From assembly GCA_023416995.1 (NCBI GenBank), contig JAEZGI010000044.1, positions 5,964-69,963 of the forward strand: a stretch of DNA of 64,000 bases. The letters run 5' to 3'. Positions 20,201-28,331 of the stretch are shown here, one piece after another; positions within the stretch are counted from its first letter, which is position 1, and each line of letters starts with the position of its first letter. Made by a program: the position numbers and the translations under genes. The notes beneath the pieces were generated by a model that was given only the letters and a program-made list of their open reading frames with translations, made no database searches and was not told the origin of the DNA. This DNA comes from Bacteroidota bacterium (GTDB lineage Bacteria > Bacteroidota > Bacteroidia > Chitinophagales > Chitinophagaceae).

Positions 20201-20622
20201 AGGGTAATAATATATTCAACCTGAACCAGGCTTCCACACTGGATCTGGGTATGGGCCTTAACCAGCCACAGGATATTTTTGACAACCATTGGACCTCAAC
20301 AAAAACTGATGCAAAGTATCCGAGGATTTCAAATGCCCTAAATGGTAATATCAGTACAAGATTTGTTGAAGACGGGTCCTACCTGCGTTTCAAAAACATA
20401 CAGCTTGCCTACAATCTGCCTGCGGCTAAATGGAACCTCAATTGGTTAAAATCTGCCCAATTGTATGTAAGCGGACAAAACCTGATCACTATCACAGGCT
20501 ACTCATGGTACGATCCTGAAGTTAATGCGTATGGCTCGGCAAATTCAATCAGGCAGGGTATTGACTATTCTGTTTACCCAAACAGTAAGGCAGTGACATT
20601 TGGAATCCGTTGCGGATTCTGA
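17296..20622 (+). CDS. SusC/RagA-family TonB-linked transporter with N-terminal STN (FecA-like signalling) domain
   Basis: The track ORF starts at GTG 17263, but the ATG at 17296 (MRLNLIRKRLCYPCGRANKTLLVMKLTAMIMLVTCLQVSA) fits the usual N-terminus of this class. STN-like segment SLSVRNASLTRVFDLIEKQTDYVFFFDYSLL...IVDKTIVIKE (about 17434-17652). Then CarboxypepD_reg (GKVLSEDGEPLSGASVIVKGTDKGTQTDAGGNFTI) and plug (EVVVIAYGQVRKKDLTGSV). Confidence 0.92.
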   Translation: MRLNLIRKRLCYPCGRANKTLLVMKLTAMIMLVTCLQVSATGSSQEISLSVRNASLTRVFDLIEKQTDYVFFFDYSLLEKSKKITFKATRTQLREVLDACFRDQPLGYDIVDKTIVIKERVTRAQTVAPEPEFATYRGKVLSEDGEPLSGASVIVKGTDKGTQTDAGGNFTIDANPNDVLVASFISHLPKEIKLGSDNSSPVVIRLTRETESSSEVVVIAYGQVRKKDLTGSVSQVKSKDITAYPSTNIVQALNGRATGVQVLQNNGTPGSPVSVRIRGVNSILGGNEPLYVVDGFPYSGNPTFLQNADIESVEILKDASSISMYGSRGANGVVMITTRTGKKGDRSNVSFETGYSIQSVTKKMKLLTPIQYAELYNEQAKNDRLTPYFTPEKLDSIRSGPATDWQDLVLRNAPMSNTSLTVSGGNEKTRFAISAGAFLQDGIVRNTDFKRFSLRGNVNHDISKIFNVAFNTTLTRITRQLQGSQLGNRGSDVFAAMLMAPPTLSPYLEDGSYRRLNTAYPFISNAIINPLVNINEVDDRIKADRVLSNLGFTLKPLDGLAIRISGGIESSNDRTDTYRSIEPSTNSVGVAYIGTSQLTNLLNENIATYNKVFNEKHSLGVTAGFAYQESTSTAVSASGTGFLSDVTGTGNIGSATTPGIPGSGYSKDALASIISRINYGFDDKYLFTVSFRRDGSSRYSAGNKWENFPSAAVAWRASKENFLVNSRTISDLKLRASYGKTGSNSLSPYQTLNQLTSFNTIFGDALTIAYAPGSTLPGNLKWETTNQLDIGVDVGLFNDRLRFTADYYIKKTSNLLNRVQLPTSTGYTTTVQNVGEIENKGFEFGLETDVYRSKDLSWNIGANISFNRNKVLKLYNNQDIFGEAIYTGSLTDYVNLLRPGQPIGIFHGYVETGYTANGNIQYLDKNGDGALTVLDKDYIGDPNPDFIYGFNSVTRYKGFEFTLFIQGSQGNNIFNLNQASTLDLGMGLNQPQDIFDNHWTSTKTDAKYPRISNALNGNISTRFVEDGSYLRFKNIQLAYNLPAAKWNLNWLKSAQLYVSGQNLITITGYSWYDPEVNAYGSANSIRQGIDYSVYPNSKAVTFGIRCGF

Positions 20623-20646
20623 TTTTAAACTCTTTAATCGCTTAGT

Positions 20647-22095
20647 ATGAAATTTATTTGCTTAATTATATTAGCCGCGATCGTTTTCACTTCCTGTAAA
20701 AAACAATTGGAAGAAAAACCAAAATCAATCGCTGCAGAAGTTTTTTATAACACCAATGCGGAAGTGGAATCGGGTTTAAATTCTATTTATGAACCGATTC
20801 GTGGCGTTGGCAACATAGGGGCATTATACCCGGCCCAATTGGAAATTTATACTGAATATTTTTACGGCAGGGGTAGTCATGCGCCTTTGAATACCTATAC
20901 AGGGCTTGATAATCCAAACATTGCTCGTATCGCCGGTTTCTGGACTACTTTTTATCGTGCGATCAGGAACGCAAACATTGTGATTTCACGTCTGCCAGAG
21001 GCGGCCGCGGTAACACCTGATGCACAGAAACGTTATATGGCAGAAGCAAAATATTTGCGCGCTCTTTGGTATTTCCACCTGGTAAGAAGCTGGGCGGGGG
21101 TGCCATTACGCACCGAACTGAAATTTGATTCAATCAATGTAAAACGCAGTACTCAACAGCAGGTATACGATTTCATTGTATCTGACTTAACAGTAGCAGT
21201 TGCTGATTTACCGGAAACACCCAGGTTGATTGGAGCCCCATCAAAATGGTCAGCGAAAACCTTGCTGACTGATGTTTATATGCATCTTGATAAATACCAG
21301 GAAGCAAAACAGGAAGCTCAGGACGTAATCGCGTCGAACAGGTTCAGTCTTGTAGCTGTTGCCACTGCTGACGATTTTGAAAAAGTTTTCGGCCCTGAAG
21401 TAAACAACTCCACCGAGGAGATCTTTTATATCAAATATTCAAACAAGATCAGCGGGCAGGGAAACCAGTATCCTGGTTATACGCATTATCCCAATTCAGG
21501 TTATTACCCGCCCGGTGGTTTTTATACCCTTTACAGTGATTCAGAAAATAATAAGTTCTTAAAAAACTGGGATAAAAATGATCTGCGTTATGCGTTCAAT
21601 TGGTACACGCAGACATTTGGACTTGGACCTACTACCATTCTGAACAAAAAGTTCAGCGATAAGACCGCGACCATGGCCGCTGGTAATGATTTCCCTTTGT
21701 ACCGTTATGCTGACCTGCTGTTATTTTACGCAGAATGTGATGCAAGAGTAGCGGGAAATGTAACAACCGATGCACTTGAAAAACTGAACATGGTGCGTCG
21801 CCGGGCATATGGTAAACCGCCTGCTACTCCAGATCTGGCATTCGATCTTCCGATAACCGATTTTGCAAACCTCGATGCATTTATAGCACGTTTGGTTACT
21901 GAGCGCGCTTATGAAAATATGAACGAAGCAAAACACTGGTTTGATTTGAAAAGACTTGGTATCGTTAAACAAACCATCCTTCAGCAAAAAGGAATTACAG
22001 TAGAGGATAAACATTTGCTGTGGCCCATTCCGACAGATGAATATAACTATAACCTGGCGATCAATCCTGCTACGGATCAGAACCCGGGTTACTAA
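20647..22095 (+). CDS. SusD/RagB-family outer membrane lipoprotein
   Basis: 482 aa. Lipoprotein signal (IVFTSCKKQ). AKYLRALWYFHLVRSWAGVP, LLFYAECDAR, ERAYENMNEAKHWFDLKR and a C-terminal QNPGY. Confidence 0.92.
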   Translation: MKFICLIILAAIVFTSCKKQLEEKPKSIAAEVFYNTNAEVESGLNSIYEPIRGVGNIGALYPAQLEIYTEYFYGRGSHAPLNTYTGLDNPNIARIAGFWTTFYRAIRNANIVISRLPEAAAVTPDAQKRYMAEAKYLRALWYFHLVRSWAGVPLRTELKFDSINVKRSTQQQVYDFIVSDLTVAVADLPETPRLIGAPSKWSAKTLLTDVYMHLDKYQEAKQEAQDVIASNRFSLVAVATADDFEKVFGPEVNNSTEEIFYIKYSNKISGQGNQYPGYTHYPNSGYYPPGGFYTLYSDSENNKFLKNWDKNDLRYAFNWYTQTFGLGPTTILNKKFSDKTATMAAGNDFPLYRYADLLLFYAECDARVAGNVTTDALEKLNMVRRRAYGKPPATPDLAFDLPITDFANLDAFIARLVTERAYENMNEAKHWFDLKRLGIVKQTILQQKGITVEDKHLLWPIPTDEYNYNLAINPATDQNPGY

Positions 22096-22119
22096 TACAT
22101 CGCCTATTACATTTTGTTT

Positions 22120-22178
22120 ATAACCAGGCAGGTCGTTCGGGAACGGCCTGGTTATCATCTTTTCAATTTTAATTTTTT
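22120..22178 (+). terminator. Rho-independent terminator-like hairpin after SusD
   Basis: 10 bp perfect stem, ataaccaggc (22120-22129) / gcctggttat (22146-22155), followed by the T-rich catcttttcaattttaatttttt. Confidence 0.6.
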
Positions 22179-22190
22179 CAATTTCGACTC

Positions 22191-24182
22191 ATGATGATTA
22201 AAAAGTTTGCGATTGTTTTGTTACTGGCGATCCCGGTATTCATAGCTGCATGCAGCGAGAGATCCGCGGCTGATGAAGTGGATATCTGTATCTATGGAGG
22301 TAGTTCTGCAGGCGTTATTGCTGCCTATACTGCTGCAAAAATGAATAAGAAAGTGATACTGATCGAACCTGGGCGCAGGTTAGGTGGGTTAACCAGTGGC
22401 GGTCTTGGTTATACCGATATTGGAAATAAGTATGCGATATCCGGCTTATCGCTTGACTTTTATCGTCGTGTGGGCAAACATTACGGAAAACTTGAGCAAT
22501 GGATTTTCGAACCCCATGTGGCCGAAAATATCTTCAAAGAATACCTGTCATCGACTGATGTGCAGGTGATTTATGAACACGAGTTGCAATCCGTTGAAAA
22601 AAACGATGGAGCGATCACATCCATTACAGTTGCTTCTTCTGGTGCAACAAAAACCGTGAAAGCAAAGATTTTTATGGATTGCACCTATGAAGGCGATCTT
22701 ATGGCCAAAGCGGGTGTCACTTTTACAGTTGGACGTGAAGACAATAAACAATATAATGAAACTTATAATGGCGTTCAGTTAATGGATCGTCACCAGTTTC
22801 CAGATGGCATTGACCCTTACAAAATCAAAGGCGATAAATCCAGCGGTTTGCTATGGGGTATCAGCGATGCGGCGCTGGATTCAAACGGTACGGGGGATAA
22901 AAAGGTGCAGGCATATAACTTCAGGATCTGTTTAACGGAAGATTCTGCCAACAGAATAGCCATCACCAAACCAGATAATTATGATCCGGCCCGTTATGAA
23001 TTGTTATTACGCTATCTCGAAAAAAAGGTTCCGGGTGATCTTTGGGGTTTTTTGAAGTTCGACCGTATGCCTAATCATAAAACTGATATTAATAACAATG
23101 GTCCCATATCAACTGATATGATTGGAATGAACTATGATTATCCGGAAGCTGATTATGCTACAAGGAGAAAGATTCAAAAAGAGCATGAAGATTATACAAA
23201 GGGATTATTATACTTCATTGGTCACGACGAAAGGATGCCAAAACATTTGCGGGAGCAGATGTTGAAATGGGGTTATCCAAAAGATGAATACACTGAGAAC
23301 GGAAACTGGACACCGCAGATGTATGTGCGTGAGGCCAGGCGAATGGTTGGACAATATGTTATGACCCAGGCAAACTGCGAGGGGCGTGAGGTGGCAACCA
23401 ATGCTGTCGGTATGGCCGCCTATACGATGGATTCACATAATTGCCAGCGCATAGTAGTAAACGGAATGGTGAAAAATGAAGGGAACGTTGAGATTGGTGG
23501 ATTCGGTCCTTATCCCATTGCTTATGGTTCAATTATTCCTAAGGAAACTGAATGCAGCAACCTGTTCGTTCCGATCTGTTTGTCTGCGAGTCACATCGCC
23601 TATGGTTCTATAAGGATGGAACCAGTATTCATGGTGCTGGCTCAGTCTGCAGCAGTTGCCGCGGTACAGGCAATTGATGGTAAAACAAGCGTTCAGAAAG
23701 TTGATGTCGCGAAGGTTCAGCAGATTCTCAAATCCGATCCGTTAGCTGATGGCAGCGTGCCCCAGGTTTTGGTTGATAATGACGACAGTGCTTCCGTTGA
23801 TGTGATGGGTAACTGGACGCAAAAAGCAAGAGTCGGCTTTGGCCCTTCTGCATTGATTGCGGATAAAGGAGTGTCAAATGCTACGGTTAAATTCAAACCA
23901 ACCATTAGTAAGGATGGCGACTACCAGGTGTATGCCTACTTTATGCCAAAGTATGCCGGTATTTCTTCCACGATAACCGTGGTGGTTTCTGACGGTAGCA
24001 AAGACACCGAGGTTCCGGTTAGTCTTGCAGCCCTCGAAGCCCAGGGACAAACATCCGGTGAGTGGATTGACCTTGGTAAATTCAAACTTAATGCGGCTGA
24101 TAAACCTTCAGTAGCAATTACAACAAGGGGAGCCAGTGGGGTTGTGGTTGCCGATGCGGTTTTGTTCCGACCGTTATTTTAA
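22191..24182 (+). CDS. Exported (lipoprotein-signal) FAD-dependent oxidoreductase of the FAD_oxidored family (often annotated 'xanthan lyase'-like), with a C-terminal carbohydrate-binding-like (golvesin-C-like) domain
   Basis: 663 aa. MMIKKFAIVLLLAIPVFIAAC lipobox. Rossmann FAD motif VDICIYGGSSAGVIAAYTAAKMNKKVILIEPGRRLGGLTSGG. C-terminal module VLVDNDDSASVDVMGNWTQ...GDYQVYAYFMP...VVVADAVLFRP. Confidence 0.75.
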   Translation: MMIKKFAIVLLLAIPVFIAACSERSAADEVDICIYGGSSAGVIAAYTAAKMNKKVILIEPGRRLGGLTSGGLGYTDIGNKYAISGLSLDFYRRVGKHYGKLEQWIFEPHVAENIFKEYLSSTDVQVIYEHELQSVEKNDGAITSITVASSGATKTVKAKIFMDCTYEGDLMAKAGVTFTVGREDNKQYNETYNGVQLMDRHQFPDGIDPYKIKGDKSSGLLWGISDAALDSNGTGDKKVQAYNFRICLTEDSANRIAITKPDNYDPARYELLLRYLEKKVPGDLWGFLKFDRMPNHKTDINNNGPISTDMIGMNYDYPEADYATRRKIQKEHEDYTKGLLYFIGHDERMPKHLREQMLKWGYPKDEYTENGNWTPQMYVREARRMVGQYVMTQANCEGREVATNAVGMAAYTMDSHNCQRIVVNGMVKNEGNVEIGGFGPYPIAYGSIIPKETECSNLFVPICLSASHIAYGSIRMEPVFMVLAQSAAVAAVQAIDGKTSVQKVDVAKVQQILKSDPLADGSVPQVLVDNDDSASVDVMGNWTQKARVGFGPSALIADKGVSNATVKFKPTISKDGDYQVYAYFMPKYAGISSTITVVVSDGSKDTEVPVSLAALEAQGQTSGEWIDLGKFKLNAADKPSVAITTRGASGVVVADAVLFRPLF

Positions 24183-24201
24183 TATATAGTATTATCTGGA
24201 T

Positions 24202-24250
24202 CTCCCTGCTAACACCGGCGCAAGCCTTCCGTTAGCAGGGAGTTTTATTT
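24202..24250 (+). terminator. Rho-independent terminator between convergent genes
   Basis: Perfect 12 bp stem, ctccctgctaac (24202-24213) / gttagcagggag (24231-24242), followed by ttttattt. Confidence 0.8.
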
Positions 24251-24297
24251 AATAGAAAGTGTAGCTAATATAGTTATAGCTCCCGGCCATTTAATTA

Positions 24298-24660
24298 TTA
24301 AGCCTGACGGTTTTTACCAATAAATCCAAGGTGCGTGTGATGGAACCCATCAGCGTATTTCAATCCATAACCGAATACCCGGTCAAAACAGGAATGAGCA
24401 AAAAGAATGACACCCGCAAGTAGCAGTAGTTCATTGTTTGTATACGAACCGAAGAGGTAAACAAGGACCCCCAGGGCCTTATGGTGAAAGATATTATAGA
24501 CTATGGCCCCTGCCTTGTTTCCTGCAACATAACCAAGCATACTTATATCGGGGGCAAGTAACAGCGCCGGGAACCACCACCATTCGAATGATAGTTGTGA
24601 AAAAGCGTATATGGCACCTAGAAAAAGGACCAATTCTTCAAATGCGATAATTTTCTTCAT
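24298..24660 (-). CDS. Small 4-TM membrane protein, DUF4260-like
   Basis: 120 aa. MKKIIAFEELVLFLGAIYAFSQLSFEWWWFPALLLAPDISMLGYV...HHKALG...FDRVFGYGLKY pattern, as in DUF4260 proteins. Confidence 0.6.
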   Translation of the reverse strand: MKKIIAFEELVLFLGAIYAFSQLSFEWWWFPALLLAPDISMLGYVAGNKAGAIVYNIFHHKALGVLVYLFGSYTNNELLLLAGVILFAHSCFDRVFGYGLKYADGFHHTHLGFIGKNRQA

Positions 24661-24771
24661 TTAGGGGTTTTCCGCAAAAATAGTGGCCACCGCAACACCG
24701 GTCCGAAATTTTAATCGTGGGCTTAAGGGTATACTGTTAAAAACTTCTAAAAATATTTTTAGTAAAAAAGA

Positions 24772-24785
24772 TGCAATCGATTGCA
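24772..24785 (+). promoter_or_regulatory. LacI-family operator candidate (perfect 14 bp palindrome TGCAATCGATTGCA) about 350 nt upstream of SusC 25134
   Basis: Perfect inverted repeat with central CG, fitting the generic LacI/CcpA-type TGnAAnCGnTTnCA pattern. The extended 20-mer matches the site at 35084-35097 (minus strand) in 19 of 20 positions. Confidence 0.7.
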
Positions 24786-25133
24786 AAAATACTTAAGTTG
24801 TACTGCCATTTAGATTAATTGCATATGAAAAGACTTCTATCCCCGAGGATGATTGGGTGGAATTTTCCGGTAAGAGTAATCAGCCCGGTTAGTTCAGCAT
24901 CCGTTGTAACCCTCTATGGATACGGATTTCAGACAGGTTTCCCGTTTACATTAATCAGTACTTTTTCGGCTATTCCTTTACGTTACCCAGGCGATATTCC
25001 GCAGCAGCCTGGTCTTTTCTCGCCTTGACATTTCTAGCAAACTTCAAAATATTCAATCGAGTGAAAGTCATTACCAAACTTGCTCTATTATTTTCCAAAA
25101 CCAAACGGTTTTAAAACCACCAATACTTAAAAT

Positions 25134-28100
25134 ATGCAACATTACCAAAGCTGCAGATTGCCAGCAGTAACCAGGCTGCTTAATGTAACCAAACTACTCA
25201 CGTTAATGCTTTTTGCCTGTGTGTTTGCTGCACAGGCGGCTCCCGGGAAGGATGGTGCTGACGCCATCGCCCGTACAATTACAGGAACGGTTACGTCCTC
25301 TACCGGTGAGCCACTGGCAGGAGTTTCGGTCCAGGTTCCCGGTACACTGTCTGCCACTACTACCGACGAACAGGGCCAGTTTTCAATCGTTGTAGAAGAC
25401 AACGCCACTGTGCTCAGATTTACTTTTGTGGGTATGGCCAACCAGGATGTAGATATCGTTGGCAAAACCACGGTTAATGTAACCATGTCGGCCGCGAACA
25501 GCACACTCGACGACGTAATCGTAGTTGGTTACGGTACCCAACGGAGAGCGCTTGTAACCGGTGCTGTTTCCAGCGTTAACGGCAAGGTATTAAATGAATT
25601 ACCCGCGTTGTCGGTTTCACAGGCTTTACAGGGCCGTGCACCTGGTATTCAGGTAACTAATAATGGTAGCCCTGGTACGGAGCCGATCGTAAGGATCCGT
25701 GGTATCAGTTCAATCAGTTTTGCTTCTGACCCTCTTTATGTGGTTGATGGATTCCCTACGGGAGATCTCGCAACCATTGATACCAGGGATATCGAATCTG
25801 TTGATGTATTAAAAGATGCATCTGCTGCTGCTATTTATGGTTCACGCGCATCAAGTGGTGTGATCATGGTCACTACCAAGAAAGGCAGACGTGATGGAAA
25901 ACTGGCAGTGAACCTCGACTCTTATGTGGGTTTCCAGACAGTAACCTCCCGTCTTGATCTCATGAACACTGAGCAGTTTATGAAATATGCCGTTGCTTAC
26001 CGTGGCAGCCAGATTCCAAGGCTTTCAGATCCGCTGATTAATGAGCCCGTCTATCCCGGTGCTACTCAAACGTACGGTCAAACAAATACCGACTGGCAGG
26101 ATGCTTATTTCAGGACCGGTTATATGACGCAACACAATCTTGGTCTTAGCGGAGGTAATGAAGTTTCAAGATTTTATGCTTCTGCCGGATTTACTGACCA
26201 GGAAGGTACTTCGCCGGCTGTGGGATACCGCCGGTACAACTTCCGGATCAATTCAGATCATATCCTGAGCAAAGTGTTCACGTTCGGTCAAAACCTATAT
26301 GTGGCACATGGCGACCAGGCTTATGATAACAATGAAACTCAATCGCGGACCAACATTGTGAATGTGATCAAAATGATGCCGCATATTCCGGTATATGATC
26401 CTACTTCAAACGGAGGTTATCGTGGTGTTGATGCACCAAGAGATGGGGGAGACCCTACCAACCCGGTTGAAGATGCAGAATTAAAAAATCGCGGAAACCG
26501 AAGAAGAGTGAAAGTATTTGGTACCGCTTATCTTGACATCAATTTCGCATCATGGCTGAAATTCCGTTCAACATTTGGTGTGGATTATGCGAATAGTCTT
26601 GATTACCGCTTCTCGCCAATTTTCAGTAATAATGGTACCGTTGCCGGTTCAAGTGCTACACTTGCCACCATCACCAATAACCGGAATATTTCAACTGTGA
26701 TGTTGTACACGCAACAGCTCACTTTTGAGAAAACTTTTGGTGAGCATCACATAAATGCAATTGCTGTTTACGAACAACAGAACCAGAATACAAAGGCGGA
26801 AAATGCAAACGGCCGCCAGGCATCAAACGAGTTACGCACTTTGAACAACGCGATGAACCCGTTTGTACAAACGCTTGTGGGTGAAAACGCATTGATCTCT
26901 TACCTGGGTCGTGTGAACTACGATTTCAAGAATAAATACATTCTTAGTGTTGCGATGCGTCGTGATGGACTTTCTGTTTGGGCGCCTGGTAAAAAATGGG
27001 CCTCGTTCCCTTCAGGTTCCATCGGCTGGAGAATAGATCAGGAAGAGTTCATGCAGAATCAAAAGACCATTTCCGAAATGAAATTACGTGCCGGTTATGG
27101 TGTTACTGGTCTGAATGGTGCGATCCTTGGAAATACCCCCTGGTTGGTTAGCGTAGCGGCAAACAGTGCTTATTATCCATTTAATAATGTACAAACTGCT
27201 GGTGCAACGTCTTCAATCCCCGGACTTGGAAACCAGGATCTGGAGTGGGAAAAAACCAAACAGGTAAATATTGGCCTCGACCTCGGCTTGTTAAATAATA
27301 AGATCACTTTGTCAGCAGAGTATTACAATCGTAAAACTGATAACCTGATCCTTAGCGTGCCGTTGCCGCCATCATTCGGGTTCATTAACACAACCGTTAA
27401 CCAGAACGTGGGTGCTATGACCAACTCAGGTCTGGAATTCCAACTGGGTTATAATCAAAGACAAGGTGATTTCAAATGGAACGCATCTGCAAACCTGAGT
27501 TTTGTAACGAATGAAGTTACCAGGCTCGCTGAAGGGGTTACAAATATTGAAGCGGGTGCTGACAATGATTTTGGTGCATCTGCCATTACCAATACCCGCG
27601 TCGGTGAGGCTATTCAATCATTCTTTGGTTGGGAAGTGGAAGGCATCTTCCAGAGTGCTGCAGAAGTAGCTGCTCATGCTACTCAAACCGCCGGTACCGC
27701 TGCGGGTGATCTGAAATTCAGGGACCAGGATAAAAACGGTGTTATAGATGTGAATGATCGTGTGTTTCTTGGAAGCTTTATCCCTAAAATGAGTTATGGT
27801 GTTAACCTCGGTGCGAGCTACCACAACTTTGATCTGTCATTGTTTTTCCAGGGAGTCCAAGGCAATAAAATCTATAACGCAACACGTGTTGTAACTGAAG
27901 GTATGGTTCGTTTTTTTAATGCAGGCACCCAGGTGTTGAATGCATGGACACCAACCAACACCAACACTGATATACCAAGAGCCATTTCTTCTGATCCAAA
28001 CCAGAATTCAAGACCTTCTACAAGGTTCCTTGAAGATGGCTCTTACCTGCGGTTAAAGAATGTTATGCTCAGTTATAATATCCCTGCAACAGCACTGAAG

Positions 28101-28295
28101 TCGCTTACCAATGGCACTGTGAGAAATGTGCGTGTGTATGTTTCGGGACAAAACCTGTTGACATTTACCAAATATTCCGGTTATGATCCGGAAGTTGGTA
28201 ATCGTACACCAAATTCATCACTTACAAACGGGATAGACTTTGCGGTGTATCCTCAACCTAAGGCCGTGAATTTTGGTTTGCAGGTTGGCTTCTAA
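25134..28295 (+). CDS. SusC/RagA-family TonB-linked transporter (no STN domain)
   Basis: 1053 aa. CarboxypepD_reg (GTVTSSTGEPLAGVSVQVPGT..TTDEQGQFSI), plug (DVIVVGYGTQRRALVTGAVSSV; IESVDVLKDASAAAIYGSRASSGVIMVTTKKG), C-terminal GLQVGF. Confidence 0.93.
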   Translation: MQHYQSCRLPAVTRLLNVTKLLTLMLFACVFAAQAAPGKDGADAIARTITGTVTSSTGEPLAGVSVQVPGTLSATTTDEQGQFSIVVEDNATVLRFTFVGMANQDVDIVGKTTVNVTMSAANSTLDDVIVVGYGTQRRALVTGAVSSVNGKVLNELPALSVSQALQGRAPGIQVTNNGSPGTEPIVRIRGISSISFASDPLYVVDGFPTGDLATIDTRDIESVDVLKDASAAAIYGSRASSGVIMVTTKKGRRDGKLAVNLDSYVGFQTVTSRLDLMNTEQFMKYAVAYRGSQIPRLSDPLINEPVYPGATQTYGQTNTDWQDAYFRTGYMTQHNLGLSGGNEVSRFYASAGFTDQEGTSPAVGYRRYNFRINSDHILSKVFTFGQNLYVAHGDQAYDNNETQSRTNIVNVIKMMPHIPVYDPTSNGGYRGVDAPRDGGDPTNPVEDAELKNRGNRRRVKVFGTAYLDINFASWLKFRSTFGVDYANSLDYRFSPIFSNNGTVAGSSATLATITNNRNISTVMLYTQQLTFEKTFGEHHINAIAVYEQQNQNTKAENANGRQASNELRTLNNAMNPFVQTLVGENALISYLGRVNYDFKNKYILSVAMRRDGLSVWAPGKKWASFPSGSIGWRIDQEEFMQNQKTISEMKLRAGYGVTGLNGAILGNTPWLVSVAANSAYYPFNNVQTAGATSSIPGLGNQDLEWEKTKQVNIGLDLGLLNNKITLSAEYYNRKTDNLILSVPLPPSFGFINTTVNQNVGAMTNSGLEFQLGYNQRQGDFKWNASANLSFVTNEVTRLAEGVTNIEAGADNDFGASAITNTRVGEAIQSFFGWEVEGIFQSAAEVAAHATQTAGTAAGDLKFRDQDKNGVIDVNDRVFLGSFIPKMSYGVNLGASYHNFDLSLFFQGVQGNKIYNATRVVTEGMVRFFNAGTQVLNAWTPTNTNTDIPRAISSDPNQNSRPSTRFLEDGSYLRLKNVMLSYNIPATALKSLTNGTVRNVRVYVSGQNLLTFTKYSGYDPEVGNRTPNSSLTNGIDFAVYPQPKAVNFGLQVGF

Positions 28296-28331
28296 ACGAT
28301 CGTAACAGATAACTCTTTTAAATTTTAATGT

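Noticed and set aside
21721-22158. A 145 aa minus-strand ORF overlapping the 3' end of SusD 20647-22095
   Set aside because: It is antisense to a well-supported SusD and has odd composition (many C, I, F, R). It also runs through the terminator hairpin and has no independent support.
24819-25028. A 69 aa ORF in the long leader upstream of SusC 25134
   Set aside because: It has a TTG-type start, a Pro/Ser/Phe-rich low-information translation and no signal of conservation that I can judge. It is more likely untranslated leader, and is discussed as such in the findings.
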